A stretch of 64,000 bases of DNA from Candidatus Omnitrophota bacterium (lineage in GTDB: Bacteria > Omnitrophota > Gorgyraeia > JAHJTE01). Position 1 is the stretch's first letter; each line of letters opens with the position of its first letter. The notes below the pieces were generated by a model. The model was not told where the DNA came from, did no database searches, and saw only the letters and a list, made by a program, of their open reading frames with translations. The translations under genes were made by a program, and so were the position numbers. The stretch is from NCBI GenBank assembly GCA_020058285.1, contig JAGVEL010000017.1:2027-66026 (forward strand), read 5' to 3'. Positions 1-9,180 of the stretch are shown here, in pieces.

Positions 1-342
1 GCCGCGATGACCAGCATCAGAGCCTTTTTGCCTAAACTTCAATTTAGATAAATCTAAATCCAGGCAGTCAGCAATAACTAAAGAATCATTTATTGCGATA
101 TTGCGCTTGAGCATGAAAGGGACAATAGACAAACCGCAGAGATTCATAAATCTCAAGGGCTTTAATAGGCTAATTTCTTGTCCGCGAATACGCCCCTGGG
201 CGACTTTCGCCTGAATACTTAAATCTGTTTTAAAATTTATTTTGTTTTCCTTGGCAATTTGCTCTACGACTCTCGCGCCAATGTTATGACGTGTAAATTT
301 ATATTTTAAGCCAGGATTACCCAGGCCGACGATTAATTTCAT
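1..342 (-). CDS. pth: Peptidyl-tRNA hydrolase, N-terminal 114 codons (gene continues past the window start)
   Basis: Reverse-strand translation from ATG at 342..340 gives MKLIVGLGNPGLKYKFTRHNIGARVV..., the canonical Pth N-terminus. The ATG overlaps the ctc stop (ATGA). The prs-ctc-pth synteny is conserved. Confidence 0.8.
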   Translation of the reverse strand, partial: MKLIVGLGNPGLKYKFTRHNIGARVVEQIAKENKINFKTDLSIQAKVAQGRIRGQEISLLKPLRFMNLCGLSIVPFMLKRNIAINDSLVIADCLDLDLSKLKFRQKGSDAGHRG

Positions 343-1070
343 TCCTTTGCTTTTTCTTTAGGCTTTTCTTTAGCCGCCTCGGGAGTTTCACCCTCTTTCT
401 CTTTCTTTTCTTTTATAACCTCGGGTTCTTGTTTCACAGACTCAGTAACCACTGCCTCTGCCTCAGCCGGCTTTGCCACCTCTTCTTTTGTCGGAGGCAC
501 AACAGACAGAACAACCATTTCTAAATCCTGCAATGCCACAACGCCCGCTGCTAGCTTTAAGTCCTTTATGCGTATATCATCATTGATCTTAAGATTCGAA
601 ACATCCACTTCAATTTTTTCCGGCAAATCCTTAGGCAAACACTTAACATCCAACTCCCAAACCTGATGACTAAGGACTCCGCCGTCCTGTTTAACGCCAA
701 TTGGTTCACCCTTAGCGATTAAGGGGACTTTAACCGTAATTTCCTTAGTCAGGGATATCTCATTAAAATCAACATGAATCACTGAGCCTTTCAAAGGATC
801 ATACTGGATATCTTTTATTAAAACAGGATGGTCTTTTTCTTTTGATTTTTTAGCGCTAGATGCCTCATCGGTAATCTTTAAGTTAATAATAATATTTTCT
901 GCTGCATGCGAACCCATAAGCCTCTGGAATTTAGTCTTATCTATACTAATCGGAAAATTAATCTTCTCTCCATAGACTACAGCCGGAATAATATTTGCAC
1001 GCCTCAAGGCCTTGGCCTTTGATTTACCTATCTGTTTACGCAACGTCACTTCCAAATTAATCTCTGCCAT
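339..1070 (-). CDS. rplY: 50S ribosomal protein L25 / general stress protein Ctc (long form with a Lys/Glu-rich C-terminal tail)
   Basis: The 243-aa ORF begins MAEINLEVTLRKQIGKSKAKALRRANIIPAVVYG..., matching the L25/Ctc family. It lies directly downstream of prs. Confidence 0.9.
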   Translation of the reverse strand: MAEINLEVTLRKQIGKSKAKALRRANIIPAVVYGEKINFPISIDKTKFQRLMGSHAAENIIINLKITDEASSAKKSKEKDHPVLIKDIQYDPLKGSVIHVDFNEISLTKEITVKVPLIAKGEPIGVKQDGGVLSHQVWELDVKCLPKDLPEKIEVDVSNLKINDDIRIKDLKLAAGVVALQDLEMVVLSVVPPTKEEVAKPAEAEAVVTESVKQEPEVIKEKKEKEGETPEAAKEKPKEKAKE

Positions 1071-1088
1071 TAAAACCCTCCAGTGAAT

Positions 1089-2048
1089 CTATGCCGAATC
1101 GTAAGGCTTCGCTTCATCAAATAAGCAGCTTACTGATTCCTCTTTATGAATTCTTTTTATTGCCTCGCCTAATAATGAGGCCACAGAAAGAACCTTTATT
1201 CTAGGGCATTCTTTCTTTCTTGTAAATGGAATTGTATCCGTAATCAAAAGTTCCCTTAGATTTGATTTTTCAATTAGCTTTAGGGCGTTACCGGAAAGCA
1301 CACCATGGACAACTGCAGCGTATATTTCCTTAGCTCCGGCTTTTTTTAATGCCTGTGCTGCTTCAACCATTGAGCTTCCGGTAGCAATCAAATCATCTAC
1401 GATTATACAGTTATGATTATTAACCTCGCCGAGTATATTCATTGCCTCGGTCTGCTCCGGAGAAATCCGGCGCTTATCCACAATGGCTAACTGCGCACTT
1501 AGGCGCTTTGCATATGCCCGGGCCATTTTTATTCCGCCGACATCAGGAGAAACCACAACAATATCCTTCAATTTTAATTTTGTAAAGTACTCCACAAAAA
1601 CATTAATTGCAAAAAGATGGTCCATGGGTATGTCGAAGAACCCTTGAATCTGGCCGGCATGTAAATCAACGGTTAAAATCCTGTCTGAGCCTGCGCTGGT
1701 TAGAAGATTTGCTACTAATTTCGCGGTTATCGGAACGCGCGGCTGGTCTTTTCTATCCTGGCGGGCATAACCATAATAAGGAATAACTGCTGTAATCCTG
1801 GCAGAGGATGCCCGTTTAAGCGCATCAATCATAATCAGGAGCTCTACGAGATTATCATTAGACGGCGGACAGGTCGGCTGGATTACAAAAACATCTTTGC
1901 CGCGTACGTTCTCGTTTATTTTAACCCGAATCTCTCCTTCGCTAAATCTTGAAACCAAAGCATCGCCTAATTGAACTTTCAAATATTTACAAATATCCTG
2001 CGCTAACTTTACATTAGCATTTCCAGTAAATATCGTCAGCTTATCCAT
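1089..2048 (-). CDS. prs: Ribose-phosphate pyrophosphokinase
   Basis: The 319-aa ORF has MDKLTIFTGNAN...VVSPDVGG...IVDDLIATGSS, the PRPP synthetase motifs. Confidence 0.95.
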   Translation of the reverse strand: MDKLTIFTGNANVKLAQDICKYLKVQLGDALVSRFSEGEIRVKINENVRGKDVFVIQPTCPPSNDNLVELLIMIDALKRASSARITAVIPYYGYARQDRKDQPRVPITAKLVANLLTSAGSDRILTVDLHAGQIQGFFDIPMDHLFAINVFVEYFTKLKLKDIVVVSPDVGGIKMARAYAKRLSAQLAIVDKRRISPEQTEAMNILGEVNNHNCIIVDDLIATGSSMVEAAQALKKAGAKEIYAAVVHGVLSGNALKLIEKSNLRELLITDTIPFTRKKECPRIKVLSVASLLGEAIKRIHKEESVSCLFDEAKPYDSA

Positions 2049-2050
2049 GC

Positions 2051-3367
2051 TTAACCCCTCTTATTAATAAATTTACTTGCTCTTCTTTTTTTGTTTGTTA
2101 TCCGAGCTGGCAAGCCTAAAGCAACTTTGCCGTCCGGAACATTTTTATTTTTAGTCAACACCGCGCCTGCGCCAGTTACTGCCTTCTTACCTACCCTAAC
2201 CGGAGCAATCAACACTGTGTCACAACCAATAAATGCTCCATCGGCGATATTTGTTATAAATTTGTTCTGTCCATCATAATTTGCCGTAACTGTTCCTGCG
2301 CCAATATTCGCATTTTGGCCAATGATGCAATCACCAAAATATCCAAAATGTTTCATAATCGTACCGTTGCCCACGCGTGTGCGAGAAAGTTCAATAAAAT
2401 TGCCTACTGTAATATTATTGCCTAGTCTTACGCCTTTTCTTAAACGGGCAAAGGGACCAATCGAACAATTATTACCAATCTTAACTCCGGCCTCTATATA
2501 GGTAAACGGATATATTATGCAATCTTGATTAATCTCAACATCGGCTTCGATATAAGTAGTTTGGGGGTCAATTATTTTTACGCCGAGATTTAAAAATTCA
2601 TTTATAATTTTTAAACTAAGAATCTTCTGCGCTTTGGCTAATTCTACAGCAGAATTTATTCCCAAAACATCCTCTACATGGTCTACGCAAATACTTTCAA
2701 TACGCTCTTCGCCCTCAAACTCTCTTGCTGATAGAATCTGGATACAATCGGTTAGATAAAATTCGTTTTTATTCGGCCGGCGGGTAACGGACTTTAACGC
2801 CTTGCGCAACTCATCTTTTTTAAAACAATATATTCCGCTATTAATCTCGGCTATCTGTTTTTCCTTGTCAGTTAAGTCAATTTCTTCGGTGATTCTTTCA
2901 ACCTGGCCAGCTTTGTTCCGGATAATCCTGCCGTAACCATAAGGGGAATCGGAGAAACCGCTAACTAAGGAAGCCACTCTGCCGCTTTGGATATGGGAAG
3001 AAATCAGTTTTTCAATATTATCCGGGCTAAATAAAACAACATCAGCGCTGATAATAAACACGTCGCTGATATTCTTTGATAATTTCGCAATACCTTGTTT
3101 CGCTGCATCAGCAGTGCCTAGCGGTTTTTGCTGGATAGTGATTCGTATTTTTTTGCTTTTTTTCTTGAGGCTTTTAGTTAAAAATAATAAATCTTTGTTT
3201 AAAACTAAAATTATTTCTTCAAAAGATTTAACCTCCAGTAAATTGTCAATGACCATCTCAAGCAAACTCTTGCCGCAGATTAAGCTTAAAACCTTTGGCT
3301 TGCTAGACTTCATCCTCACGCCCTTGCCTGCGGCAAGGACTATTGCGCTGATTTTTCTCTTTTGCAT
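2051..3367 (-). CDS. glmU: Bifunctional UDP-N-acetylglucosamine pyrophosphorylase / glucosamine-1-phosphate N-acetyltransferase
   Basis: 438 aa. The N-terminus LAAGKGVRMKS marks the nucleotidyltransferase. The C-terminal left-handed beta-helix hexapeptide repeats (IGxxxxIG...) follow. Position upstream of prs is conserved. Confidence 0.9.
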   Translation of the reverse strand: MQKRKISAIVLAAGKGVRMKSSKPKVLSLICGKSLLEMVIDNLLEVKSFEEIILVLNKDLLFLTKSLKKKSKKIRITIQQKPLGTADAAKQGIAKLSKNISDVFIISADVVLFSPDNIEKLISSHIQSGRVASLVSGFSDSPYGYGRIIRNKAGQVERITEEIDLTDKEKQIAEINSGIYCFKKDELRKALKSVTRRPNKNEFYLTDCIQILSAREFEGEERIESICVDHVEDVLGINSAVELAKAQKILSLKIINEFLNLGVKIIDPQTTYIEADVEINQDCIIYPFTYIEAGVKIGNNCSIGPFARLRKGVRLGNNITVGNFIELSRTRVGNGTIMKHFGYFGDCIIGQNANIGAGTVTANYDGQNKFITNIADGAFIGCDTVLIAPVRVGKKAVTGAGAVLTKNKNVPDGKVALGLPARITNKKRRASKFINKRG

Positions 3368-3385
3368 TTGGAAATTATAATGTTC

Positions 3386-3730
3386 TCAATAATTTATAAG
3401 CCCTGTCAGCATCTTGCAGATTTCGTCTAAATTCCCTTTTAAAGCCTGTGCTTTTTCTACTTTGATGAGCCCTTTTCGCTTACACAGCTCAATAATCGGT
3501 ATACATTCAAAAGCAGAACCGCGTGAAATTCTAAAGAAGTTTATTCTATCTGCTTTATGATATCTTCCATTTCCTTCGGCGATATTCGTAGCTATGGATA
3601 ACGCCGCTCGATTCAAATGATCAGTTAGGTAATAACTTCTTTTTGGGAAGTCTTCGATTAAATTCCCGATTTCTTCGGCTAGAGCAATAGCCTTTTTATA
3701 AACTTCAAGGTTTTCAAATAAAAATGCCAT
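3386..3730 (-). CDS. Four-helix-bundle protein ('23S rRNA-intervening-sequence protein' family, TIGR02436-like)
   Basis: The 114-aa protein MAFLFENLEVYKKAIALAEEIGNLIEDFPKRSYYLTDHLNRAALSIATNIAEGNGR is typical of this small family. It is inserted between the tRNA and glmU. Confidence 0.75.
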   Translation of the reverse strand: MAFLFENLEVYKKAIALAEEIGNLIEDFPKRSYYLTDHLNRAALSIATNIAEGNGRYHKADRINFFRISRGSAFECIPIIELCKRKGLIKVEKAQALKGNLDEICKMLTGLINY

Positions 3731-3744
3731 TTATTACTTCTTGA

Positions 3745-3830
3745 ACAATAGAACAATTGAACAATAGACCGCAATTGAGCTTTTGTTTGTCTATTGTCTA
3801 TTTTCTATTGCTCAATTGCTCTGCCAAATT
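3745..3830. repeat. Cluster of GAACAATAG / CTATTGTC direct and inverted short repeats (at least 6 copies) upstream of the four-helix-bundle gene
   Basis: Seen directly: gaacaatagaacaattgaacaatagac...gtctattgtctattttctattgctcaattgctc. These are candidate regulator iterons or an imperfect long inverted repeat. Confidence 0.5.
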
Positions 3831-3847
3831 TTTCTAGAGGAAAAATT

Positions 3848-3922
3848 TGGCTGGGACGTCTGGACTCGAACCAGAATAGCGAGACCCAAATTCTCGTGTC
3901 CTACCAATTAGACGACATCCCA
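3848..3922 (-). tRNA. tRNA-Gln (anticodon UUG), 75 nt, CCA encoded
   Basis: The reverse complement folds by hand as follows. Acceptor stem TGGGATG/CGTCCCA (U1:A72, one G-U pair). Anticodon stem CGAGA/TCTCG with loop ATTTGGG (U33, anticodon TTG). T-arm TCTGG-TTCGAGT-CCAGA. Then G73 and CCA. The 3' half is near-identical to E. coli tRNA-Gln (GGTTCGAGTCCAG..CCCAGCCA). Confidence 0.7.
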
Positions 3923-3937
3923 AGATTATTTAAAAGC

Positions 3938-4360
3938 TTAAAAAGATGTCTGTCCGCTTGGCCTTCTTTGAGCTACTTCGGGACCTTTGGCTTTTTCAGA
4001 CCCGTAAGCATCCAGCACCTTTTTCTGCAAATATTCGCGAAAACTTTGCGTTATGGGGTGGGCTATATCCCTGTGTTCAGATTGCGTTTTATCCGGAGAT
4101 TGGGGAACACCGCGTTCAAAATCAGGTAATGGACTAGCACACTGGTTACAAAATTTAGATTTAGCTTCGTTACGGAAAGAACATTTTTGGCACATATATT
4201 TAATCTTTCTGGAAGGCATGGCGATAAATAATCCGGAATTACCTTCAATGACTTTGATGTTGCGCACTACAAACGCATTGTCAAATGTTACTGTTGCATA
4301 CGCCTTGAGTTTCTTATCCGGACTTTCTCTCAAGAATATTCTAGTTTCAGTTATCTCCAT
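3938..4360 (-). CDS. spoVG: SpoVG-family protein with an inserted CxxC...CxxC zinc ribbon and a C-terminal extension
   Basis: MEITETRIFLRESPDKKLKAYATVTFDNAFVVRNIKVIEGNSGLFIAMPSRK...RDIAHPI is the SpoVG core. An approximately 40-aa insert KYMCQKCSFRNEAKSKFCNQCASPLP sits in the PDGEF loop position. Total length is 140 aa versus about 95 for typical SpoVG. Confidence 0.8.
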   Translation of the reverse strand: MEITETRIFLRESPDKKLKAYATVTFDNAFVVRNIKVIEGNSGLFIAMPSRKIKYMCQKCSFRNEAKSKFCNQCASPLPDFERGVPQSPDKTQSEHRDIAHPITQSFREYLQKKVLDAYGSEKAKGPEVAQRRPSGQTSF

Positions 4361-4381
4361 AGCAATTACCTCCTTAAACCT

Positions 4382-5269
4382 TTAGCAAGTTCTGACAATA
4401 AAAATGCGCCAATCCTTAAATTTACCCAGCCTTCTCCTGAAATGTTCTCCCTCCTTTCTGGAACGCAAAATTCCAAACACGCTGGAGCCGCTTCCAGACA
4501 TAGCCACTGCATTAATGCCCAGGGAATAAAGAGTCTGTTTTATCGTAAGTATCTGGGGCAGTAAAGTTATGGCTGCCTGTTCTAAATCGTTGTAAAGCCC
4601 TTTAGCAAACAGTTCAGATTGCTTTTCTTGGCTTGATTTTATGAGGGAAGCCATTATCTTAACATCCCCCTTAGGTTTTGTCAATCTTGATTCTCTTCTT
4701 TGCAGCCGATCAAACTGCTTATAAACCAAGGCAGTAGATAAATTATTCTTGGGTACAACTAAAATATGCCAGAGCTTTAATCCGGTCTTTATCCGGCTAA
4801 ATTTCTGCCTTGGTTGTTCGGCCAGGCAAAACTCGCTGTTAGTAATGAAAAATGGAACATCTGCGCCAATAGTAGCAGCTATATTTATAAGTTCTTTTTT
4901 ATCTAACCTTAACTGCCACAAATGGTTTAAGCCCAAAAGCGTAGCTGCTGCGTCAGAAGAACCTCCGCCTAAGCCTGCACCCGGAGGAATTGCTTTCTCT
5001 ATGAAAATTTGCAGCCCTTGCTTAATTGAAAACTTTTTTCTTAACGCATCCGCTGCTTTATAAACTAAATTATCTTTGCCTGTAGGTACGTGGGGACAAT
5101 CGCAGCAAATTTTAATTGCTTTGCCCTTGCTTTCCCTAAAAACTAATTTATCAAATAGGTTTATGCGTTCAAATACGGTCTGGATATCATGAAATCCATC
5201 AGGTCTTTTACCTAAAACGCGTAGATATAAATTCAGTTTTGCTGCAGCTTTAACATGAAGCCCAGGCAT
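4382..5269 (-). CDS. ispE: 4-diphosphocytidyl-2-C-methyl-D-erythritol kinase
   Basis: 295 aa. LNLYLRVLGKRPDGFHDI and PPGAGLGGGSSDAAA are GHMP kinase motifs. It sits upstream of spoVG as in Firmicutes. Confidence 0.9.
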   Translation of the reverse strand: MPGLHVKAAAKLNLYLRVLGKRPDGFHDIQTVFERINLFDKLVFRESKGKAIKICCDCPHVPTGKDNLVYKAADALRKKFSIKQGLQIFIEKAIPPGAGLGGGSSDAAATLLGLNHLWQLRLDKKELINIAATIGADVPFFITNSEFCLAEQPRQKFSRIKTGLKLWHILVVPKNNLSTALVYKQFDRLQRRESRLTKPKGDVKIMASLIKSSQEKQSELFAKGLYNDLEQAAITLLPQILTIKQTLYSLGINAVAMSGSGSSVFGILRSRKEGEHFRRRLGKFKDWRIFIVRTC

Positions 5270-5272
5270 TGT

Positions 5273-6211
5273 TTAATATCTATCCAGAATCTGCTTACAA
5301 GCTTTAATAATATCATTGGCTGTCAGGCCGTATTCAGCCATCAGCTCATCGCCTTCACCGGACTGGCCAAATCGTTCTTTTATCCCAACCCTGGCCATAA
5401 AAATCGGCTTATTAGCCAGCACAACATCATCAATTGCAGAACCTAAGCCGCCGTTTATAACATGCTCTTCACATACAACTATGCCCTTAGTCTCCTCTGC
5501 TGCCTTTATTATTGCCTGATTATCTAGCGGTCTTACCGTATGCATATTAATTACCCTAGCCTCAATTCCCTGCTTGGATAACTCAACACTAGCCTTAAGC
5601 GCCTGTTCAACCATTATCCCGCAGGCAATAATTGTTATATCCCTACCTTGACGTAACGAGCAAGATTTCCCAATTTGGAAATCGCCCTTTCCTTCAATTG
5701 TTGTAACTTTTGACCTGCCTAAGCGTATATACATCGGACCAGGAGTTTTAACTGCCGTATATATTGCCTGGGTTGTTTCGTGCGCATCGCATGGCACAAC
5801 TATCGTCATATTCGCCGGTATCGCGCGCATTAAGGCAATATCTTCAATCGCCTGATGGCTGCTGCCGTCAGGGCCAACAGTTAAACCGCTATGAGTAGCA
5901 ACTATTTTAACATCAAAATTATTAGAACAAATTGAATTGCGTACCTGATCCCACGCCCGGCCAACAGCAAACATGGCAAACGTAGAAGCGAATACAATTT
6001 TTCCACAACTAGCCAGGCCTGCTGCCGTAGCCATCATATTTTGCTCGGCCACGCCAAAATTAAAAAACCTTTTCGGAAATTCCTTAGCAAAAAGTGCAGT
6101 ACGCGTAGAGCCGGAAAGATCAGCATCTAAAACCACAATATTGGGGTTATCTTTACCTAACTTTACTAACGCCTGACCATAGGCATCTCTTGCATATAAT
6201 TTTTCTAGCAT
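5273..6211 (-). CDS. Transketolase, C-terminal subunit (split transketolase)
   Basis: 312 aa with pyrimidine-binding and C-terminal domains (GIAEQNMM, ATHSGLTVGPDGSSHQ). It is paired with the upstream N-terminal subunit. Confidence 0.9.
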   Translation of the reverse strand: MLEKLYARDAYGQALVKLGKDNPNIVVLDADLSGSTRTALFAKEFPKRFFNFGVAEQNMMATAAGLASCGKIVFASTFAMFAVGRAWDQVRNSICSNNFDVKIVATHSGLTVGPDGSSHQAIEDIALMRAIPANMTIVVPCDAHETTQAIYTAVKTPGPMYIRLGRSKVTTIEGKGDFQIGKSCSLRQGRDITIIACGIMVEQALKASVELSKQGIEARVINMHTVRPLDNQAIIKAAEETKGIVVCEEHVINGGLGSAIDDVVLANKPIFMARVGIKERFGQSGEGDELMAEYGLTANDIIKACKQILDRY

Positions 6212-6212
6212 A

Positions 6213-7034
6213 TTACTCTAATTCCTCTAGCGCTTGCTTGGTCTCGTCGTTATTCGGCGCGCGGCCATGAAAGTCCGCTACATGCTCCATGAATGAAACG
6301 CCCTTACCTTTTACGGTATTAGCAATGATAACTGATGGTCTATCCAAAACCATCGCCGCCTGCTCAAACGCTTTCAAAATCTCTTCCATTTTATGGCCAT
6401 CTATCGAAATAGTATTCCAGCCAAAAGCCTTCCATTTTTCGGCCAATGGCTCAATATTCATAATATCGTTGACTTTACCATCAATCTGAAAACCATTATG
6501 ATCAACAATCGCACAGAGATTTTCACATTTATAATGCGCACTGGCCATTGCTGCTTCCCAGACATTGCCTTCCTGTACCTCCCCGTCGCCTAAAAGTACG
6601 TAAACACGGTAATCTTTTTTATCAATCTTTGCAGCTAAAGCCATACCTAGCCCCACAGAAAGTCCCTGGCCTAAAGAACCACTTCCCACTTCTATGCCAG
6701 GCGTGCGCCTGTCAGGATGGCCCTGAAGCAGACTGCCTAATTTACGCAATTTTGTAAGTTCTTGTTTTGGGAAATATCCGCTTTCAGCCAAGGCAGCGTA
6801 AACAATCGGACAGGCATGGCCTTTAGAAAGATGAAACCTATCTCTCTCTGGCCAGGTAGGATTTTTAGGATCATGGCGCAACACGTGAAAATATAAAGCA
6901 CTAATAATATCTGCAGATGATAAAGAGCCTCCGGGATGGCCGCTGGCAGCAGTTGAGAGCATTTGAATTACTGATTTTCTTAAAATCTTTGCCTTGGCTT
7001 CTAATTGCTTTATTTTATCTTGGGGGGGCATCAT
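6213..7034 (-). CDS. Transketolase, N-terminal (thiamine-diphosphate-binding) subunit
   Basis: 273 aa with GHPGGSLS and the GDGEVQEG TPP-binding motifs. Confidence 0.9.
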   Translation of the reverse strand: MMPPQDKIKQLEAKAKILRKSVIQMLSTAASGHPGGSLSSADIISALYFHVLRHDPKNPTWPERDRFHLSKGHACPIVYAALAESGYFPKQELTKLRKLGSLLQGHPDRRTPGIEVGSGSLGQGLSVGLGMALAAKIDKKDYRVYVLLGDGEVQEGNVWEAAMASAHYKCENLCAIVDHNGFQIDGKVNDIMNIEPLAEKWKAFGWNTISIDGHKMEEILKAFEQAAMVLDRPSVIIANTVKGKGVSFMEHVADFHGRAPNNDETKQALEELE

Positions 7035-8014
7035 TATTCTGCGGTTTTGCGATTAATCTTTTCTTGAATGGTATTGCGTATCTTCTTATCCAGCTCTTTT
7101 GACTCAAGTACTTTCTGCCAAATTTCTTTTGCCTTTGCCTGATCGCCGAGAGCAGAATAAATATCTCCCAGATGGTCAAAAATTACCGGATCCTCCAGCA
7201 TATTTGCAGCCTGCTCTATTTTTTCCCGAGCTTCTTTTAGCTGACCTTTCTTGAAATAAACCCAGCCCAGACTATCAACATAGGCGCCGTTTTTGGGTTG
7301 CTGCTCTAACGCCCGGGAAATCAATTTTTCTGCTTCATCAAGGTTCTGATTCATCTCTGCATAAATATAACCCAGGGCATTTAAGGCATCGGCATTATCC
7401 GGACTTATTTCTAAAATCTCTTTAAATTCTTTTATTGCTTCAAGCCGCTTTTCCTGCTCATCATAAATCAGGCCAATAAATAATTTCGCCTCTATATATT
7501 TGGGGTCGGATTTTAATATAGACCTAAACTGCTCCAGGGCCTTATCAAAATTCTTTTTCTGAAAATAAAGCTGGCCTAGATAATTATGTATATCAAGATT
7601 GTCCGGCTCTTGTTCTGAAGCTTTCTTTAAGATAATTTCATATTGGTTTTGAGCTAGATCAAGCTGATTTTTAGAAGTGTATATTAGGGCAAGGATTGTG
7701 CGGGCGCCTAAATTTTCCGGATTTACCGCAAGTATTTTATTTAACTGCTCAATCCCCTCTGTAGTATGCCCTAGTTTTATATAATCAATAGCAATCCTTA
7801 AGGCGATTGAGTCAGAGTCTGGGTCAAAACGTCTTGCCTGCTCAAATTCCTTTAATGCTTCTTCGGTCTGGTCAAGGTTATCAAGAAATACGCCCATCAT
7901 ATAATGGGCGTAAGTTTGAGAGTTCTCTCCAGATTTTGCCTGTACTGCCGAAGTAGATAATAATAACCAGCTGCAGACAAAAATCAACGACAACAAAAAG
8001 CGAAACCTTAGCAT
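7034..8014 (-). CDS. Secreted tetratricopeptide-repeat protein
   Basis: 326 aa. It has a signal peptide (MLRFRFLLSLIFVCSWLLLSTSAVQA) followed by multiple TPR units (ALxxFxxALxxDP...). Its TAA stop overlaps the ATG of the downstream transketolase gene by 1 nt. Confidence 0.8.
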   Translation of the reverse strand: MLRFRFLLSLIFVCSWLLLSTSAVQAKSGENSQTYAHYMMGVFLDNLDQTEEALKEFEQARRFDPDSDSIALRIAIDYIKLGHTTEGIEQLNKILAVNPENLGARTILALIYTSKNQLDLAQNQYEIILKKASEQEPDNLDIHNYLGQLYFQKKNFDKALEQFRSILKSDPKYIEAKLFIGLIYDEQEKRLEAIKEFKEILEISPDNADALNALGYIYAEMNQNLDEAEKLISRALEQQPKNGAYVDSLGWVYFKKGQLKEAREKIEQAANMLEDPVIFDHLGDIYSALGDQAKAKEIWQKVLESKELDKKIRNTIQEKINRKTAE

Positions 8015-8065
8015 AGTAGTAGCCTAAACCTTCTGCCTATCCAAAAAATTCTTAAAAAATTCTCA

Positions 8066-8167
8066 TCAACCCCAAGCGCGTTTCTTCAAATGTCTGAGTC
8101 TACGACGCATCTTTTTTCTTTTATGGGTGCGGATCTTTCTACGTTTACGTTTTCTGCCACAAGGCAT
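8066..8167 (-). CDS. Tiny Arg/Lys-rich protein (33 aa), possibly a bS22/AURKAIP1-like small ribosomal protein
   Basis: Hand translation gives MPCGRKRKRRKIRTHKRKKMRRRLRHLKKRAWG. It resembles mycobacterial bS22 (..[24 protein letters not shown]..). It is below the ORF-track cutoff. Confidence 0.4.
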   Translation of the reverse strand: MPCGRKRKRRKIRTHKRKKMRRRLRHLKKRAWG

Positions 8168-8178
8168 AACTTCCTCCC

Positions 8179-9051
8179 CTATAATATTATCTTATTTAAC
8201 GGATATTCCACAATACCTGCTGCCCCGTTTTTCTTCAGTTGTGGAATAATCTCACGGACAATTGCCTCGTCAATAATTGTCTCGACTGCTACCCATCCTG
8301 AATCGCTAAGATTAGATATAGTTGGTTTTTTTAAAGCCGGTAAGGTCTGCAGGACTTTTTTTAAATTCTTGCAACTTACATTCATTTTAAGGCCAACCTT
8401 GCCTTCAGCAAGTATTGCTCCTTCAAGAAGCATGGCCAGTTCCGCAATCTTTGCCTTCTTCCATTCGTTTTTATAACTTTGCGGGTTTGCAATTAGCTTT
8501 GTTGTCGATTCGCAGACCGTATCAATTATCTTTAATTTATTAGCCCTTAATGAAGAGCCTGTTTCAGTTAATTCAACGATTGCATCAACTAAACCCTGGG
8601 CAACCTTGGCCTCAGTAGCGCCCCAACTAAATTCCACATAGGCATTTACTTTTTTGCGCTTCAGGAATTTGCGCGTGACATTAACTAATTCAGTGGCAAT
8701 CTGTTTTCCTTCTAAATCTTTAACCTTTCTTATTGATGAAGCCTCTGGCACAGCAATAACCCAGCGCACTGCAGCCATTGACTGCTTGGCATAGACTAAT
8801 TCCTTAACCCGGATAACCTTAGCATCGTTCTCTTGAATCCAGTCTTCTCCGGTAATGCCGCAATCCAGGTCTGTTTCCACATAGCGCGGAATTTCCTGGG
8901 CGCGCAAAAGAACCGGCTCAATTTCCGAATCATCAATGCTCGGAAAGTAAGAGCGCGTGCCCACATTCACTTTAAAACCTGCCTTCAGGAACATTTTAAA
9001 GGTTGCCTCTTGCAAGCTTCCTTTGGGCAGGCCTAATTTTAGCTTATTCAT
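8179..9051 (-). CDS. hisG: ATP phosphoribosyltransferase, long form with C-terminal regulatory domain
   Basis: 290 aa. The N-terminus [15 protein letters not shown]... matches HisG. The C-terminal approximately 80 aa is the regulatory domain. Confidence 0.9.
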   Translation of the reverse strand: MNKLKLGLPKGSLQEATFKMFLKAGFKVNVGTRSYFPSIDDSEIEPVLLRAQEIPRYVETDLDCGITGEDWIQENDAKVIRVKELVYAKQSMAAVRWVIAVPEASSIRKVKDLEGKQIATELVNVTRKFLKRKKVNAYVEFSWGATEAKVAQGLVDAIVELTETGSSLRANKLKIIDTVCESTTKLIANPQSYKNEWKKAKIAELAMLLEGAILAEGKVGLKMNVSCKNLKKVLQTLPALKKPTISNLSDSGWVAVETIIDEAIVREIIPQLKKNGAAGIVEYPLNKIIL

Positions 9052-9090
9052 TTAACCCAACCTGTCTTTTATTTAAATATATTTGAACTC

Positions 9091-9119
9091 ATTATACTTT
9101 TTTTTAATATTCTTGTAAA
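9091..9119 (-). promoter_or_regulatory. Putative sigma70 promoter of hisG (-35 TTTACA, 17-nt spacer, -10 TATAAT)
   Basis: On the minus strand: tttacaagaatattaaaaaaaagtataat, about 40 nt upstream of the hisG ATG. Confidence 0.5.
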
Positions 9120-9180
9120 GGCAAATTTACAACCGCAAAGAACGCAAAATTCACTTATTATAAACTTCTAAAATAAAACG

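Noticed and set aside
2091-2279. Plus-strand ORFs listed in the six-frame track that lie inside minus-strand genes. Examples are 2091..2279, 3114..3380, 4053..4385, 4749..5063, 8090..8476, 14404..14676, 24193..24573 and 26369..26749.
   Set aside because: They are antisense to long, well-supported genes and have no recognisable motifs. They are low-complexity translations of the opposite strand. They are spurious.
9052-9180. A possible histidine attenuator or T-box leader upstream of hisG
   Set aside because: There is no T-box consensus (no CCACCC/GGGTGG anti-terminator core) and no His-codon-rich leader peptide. The GC-rich island lies upstream of the predicted -35 element, not in the leader.
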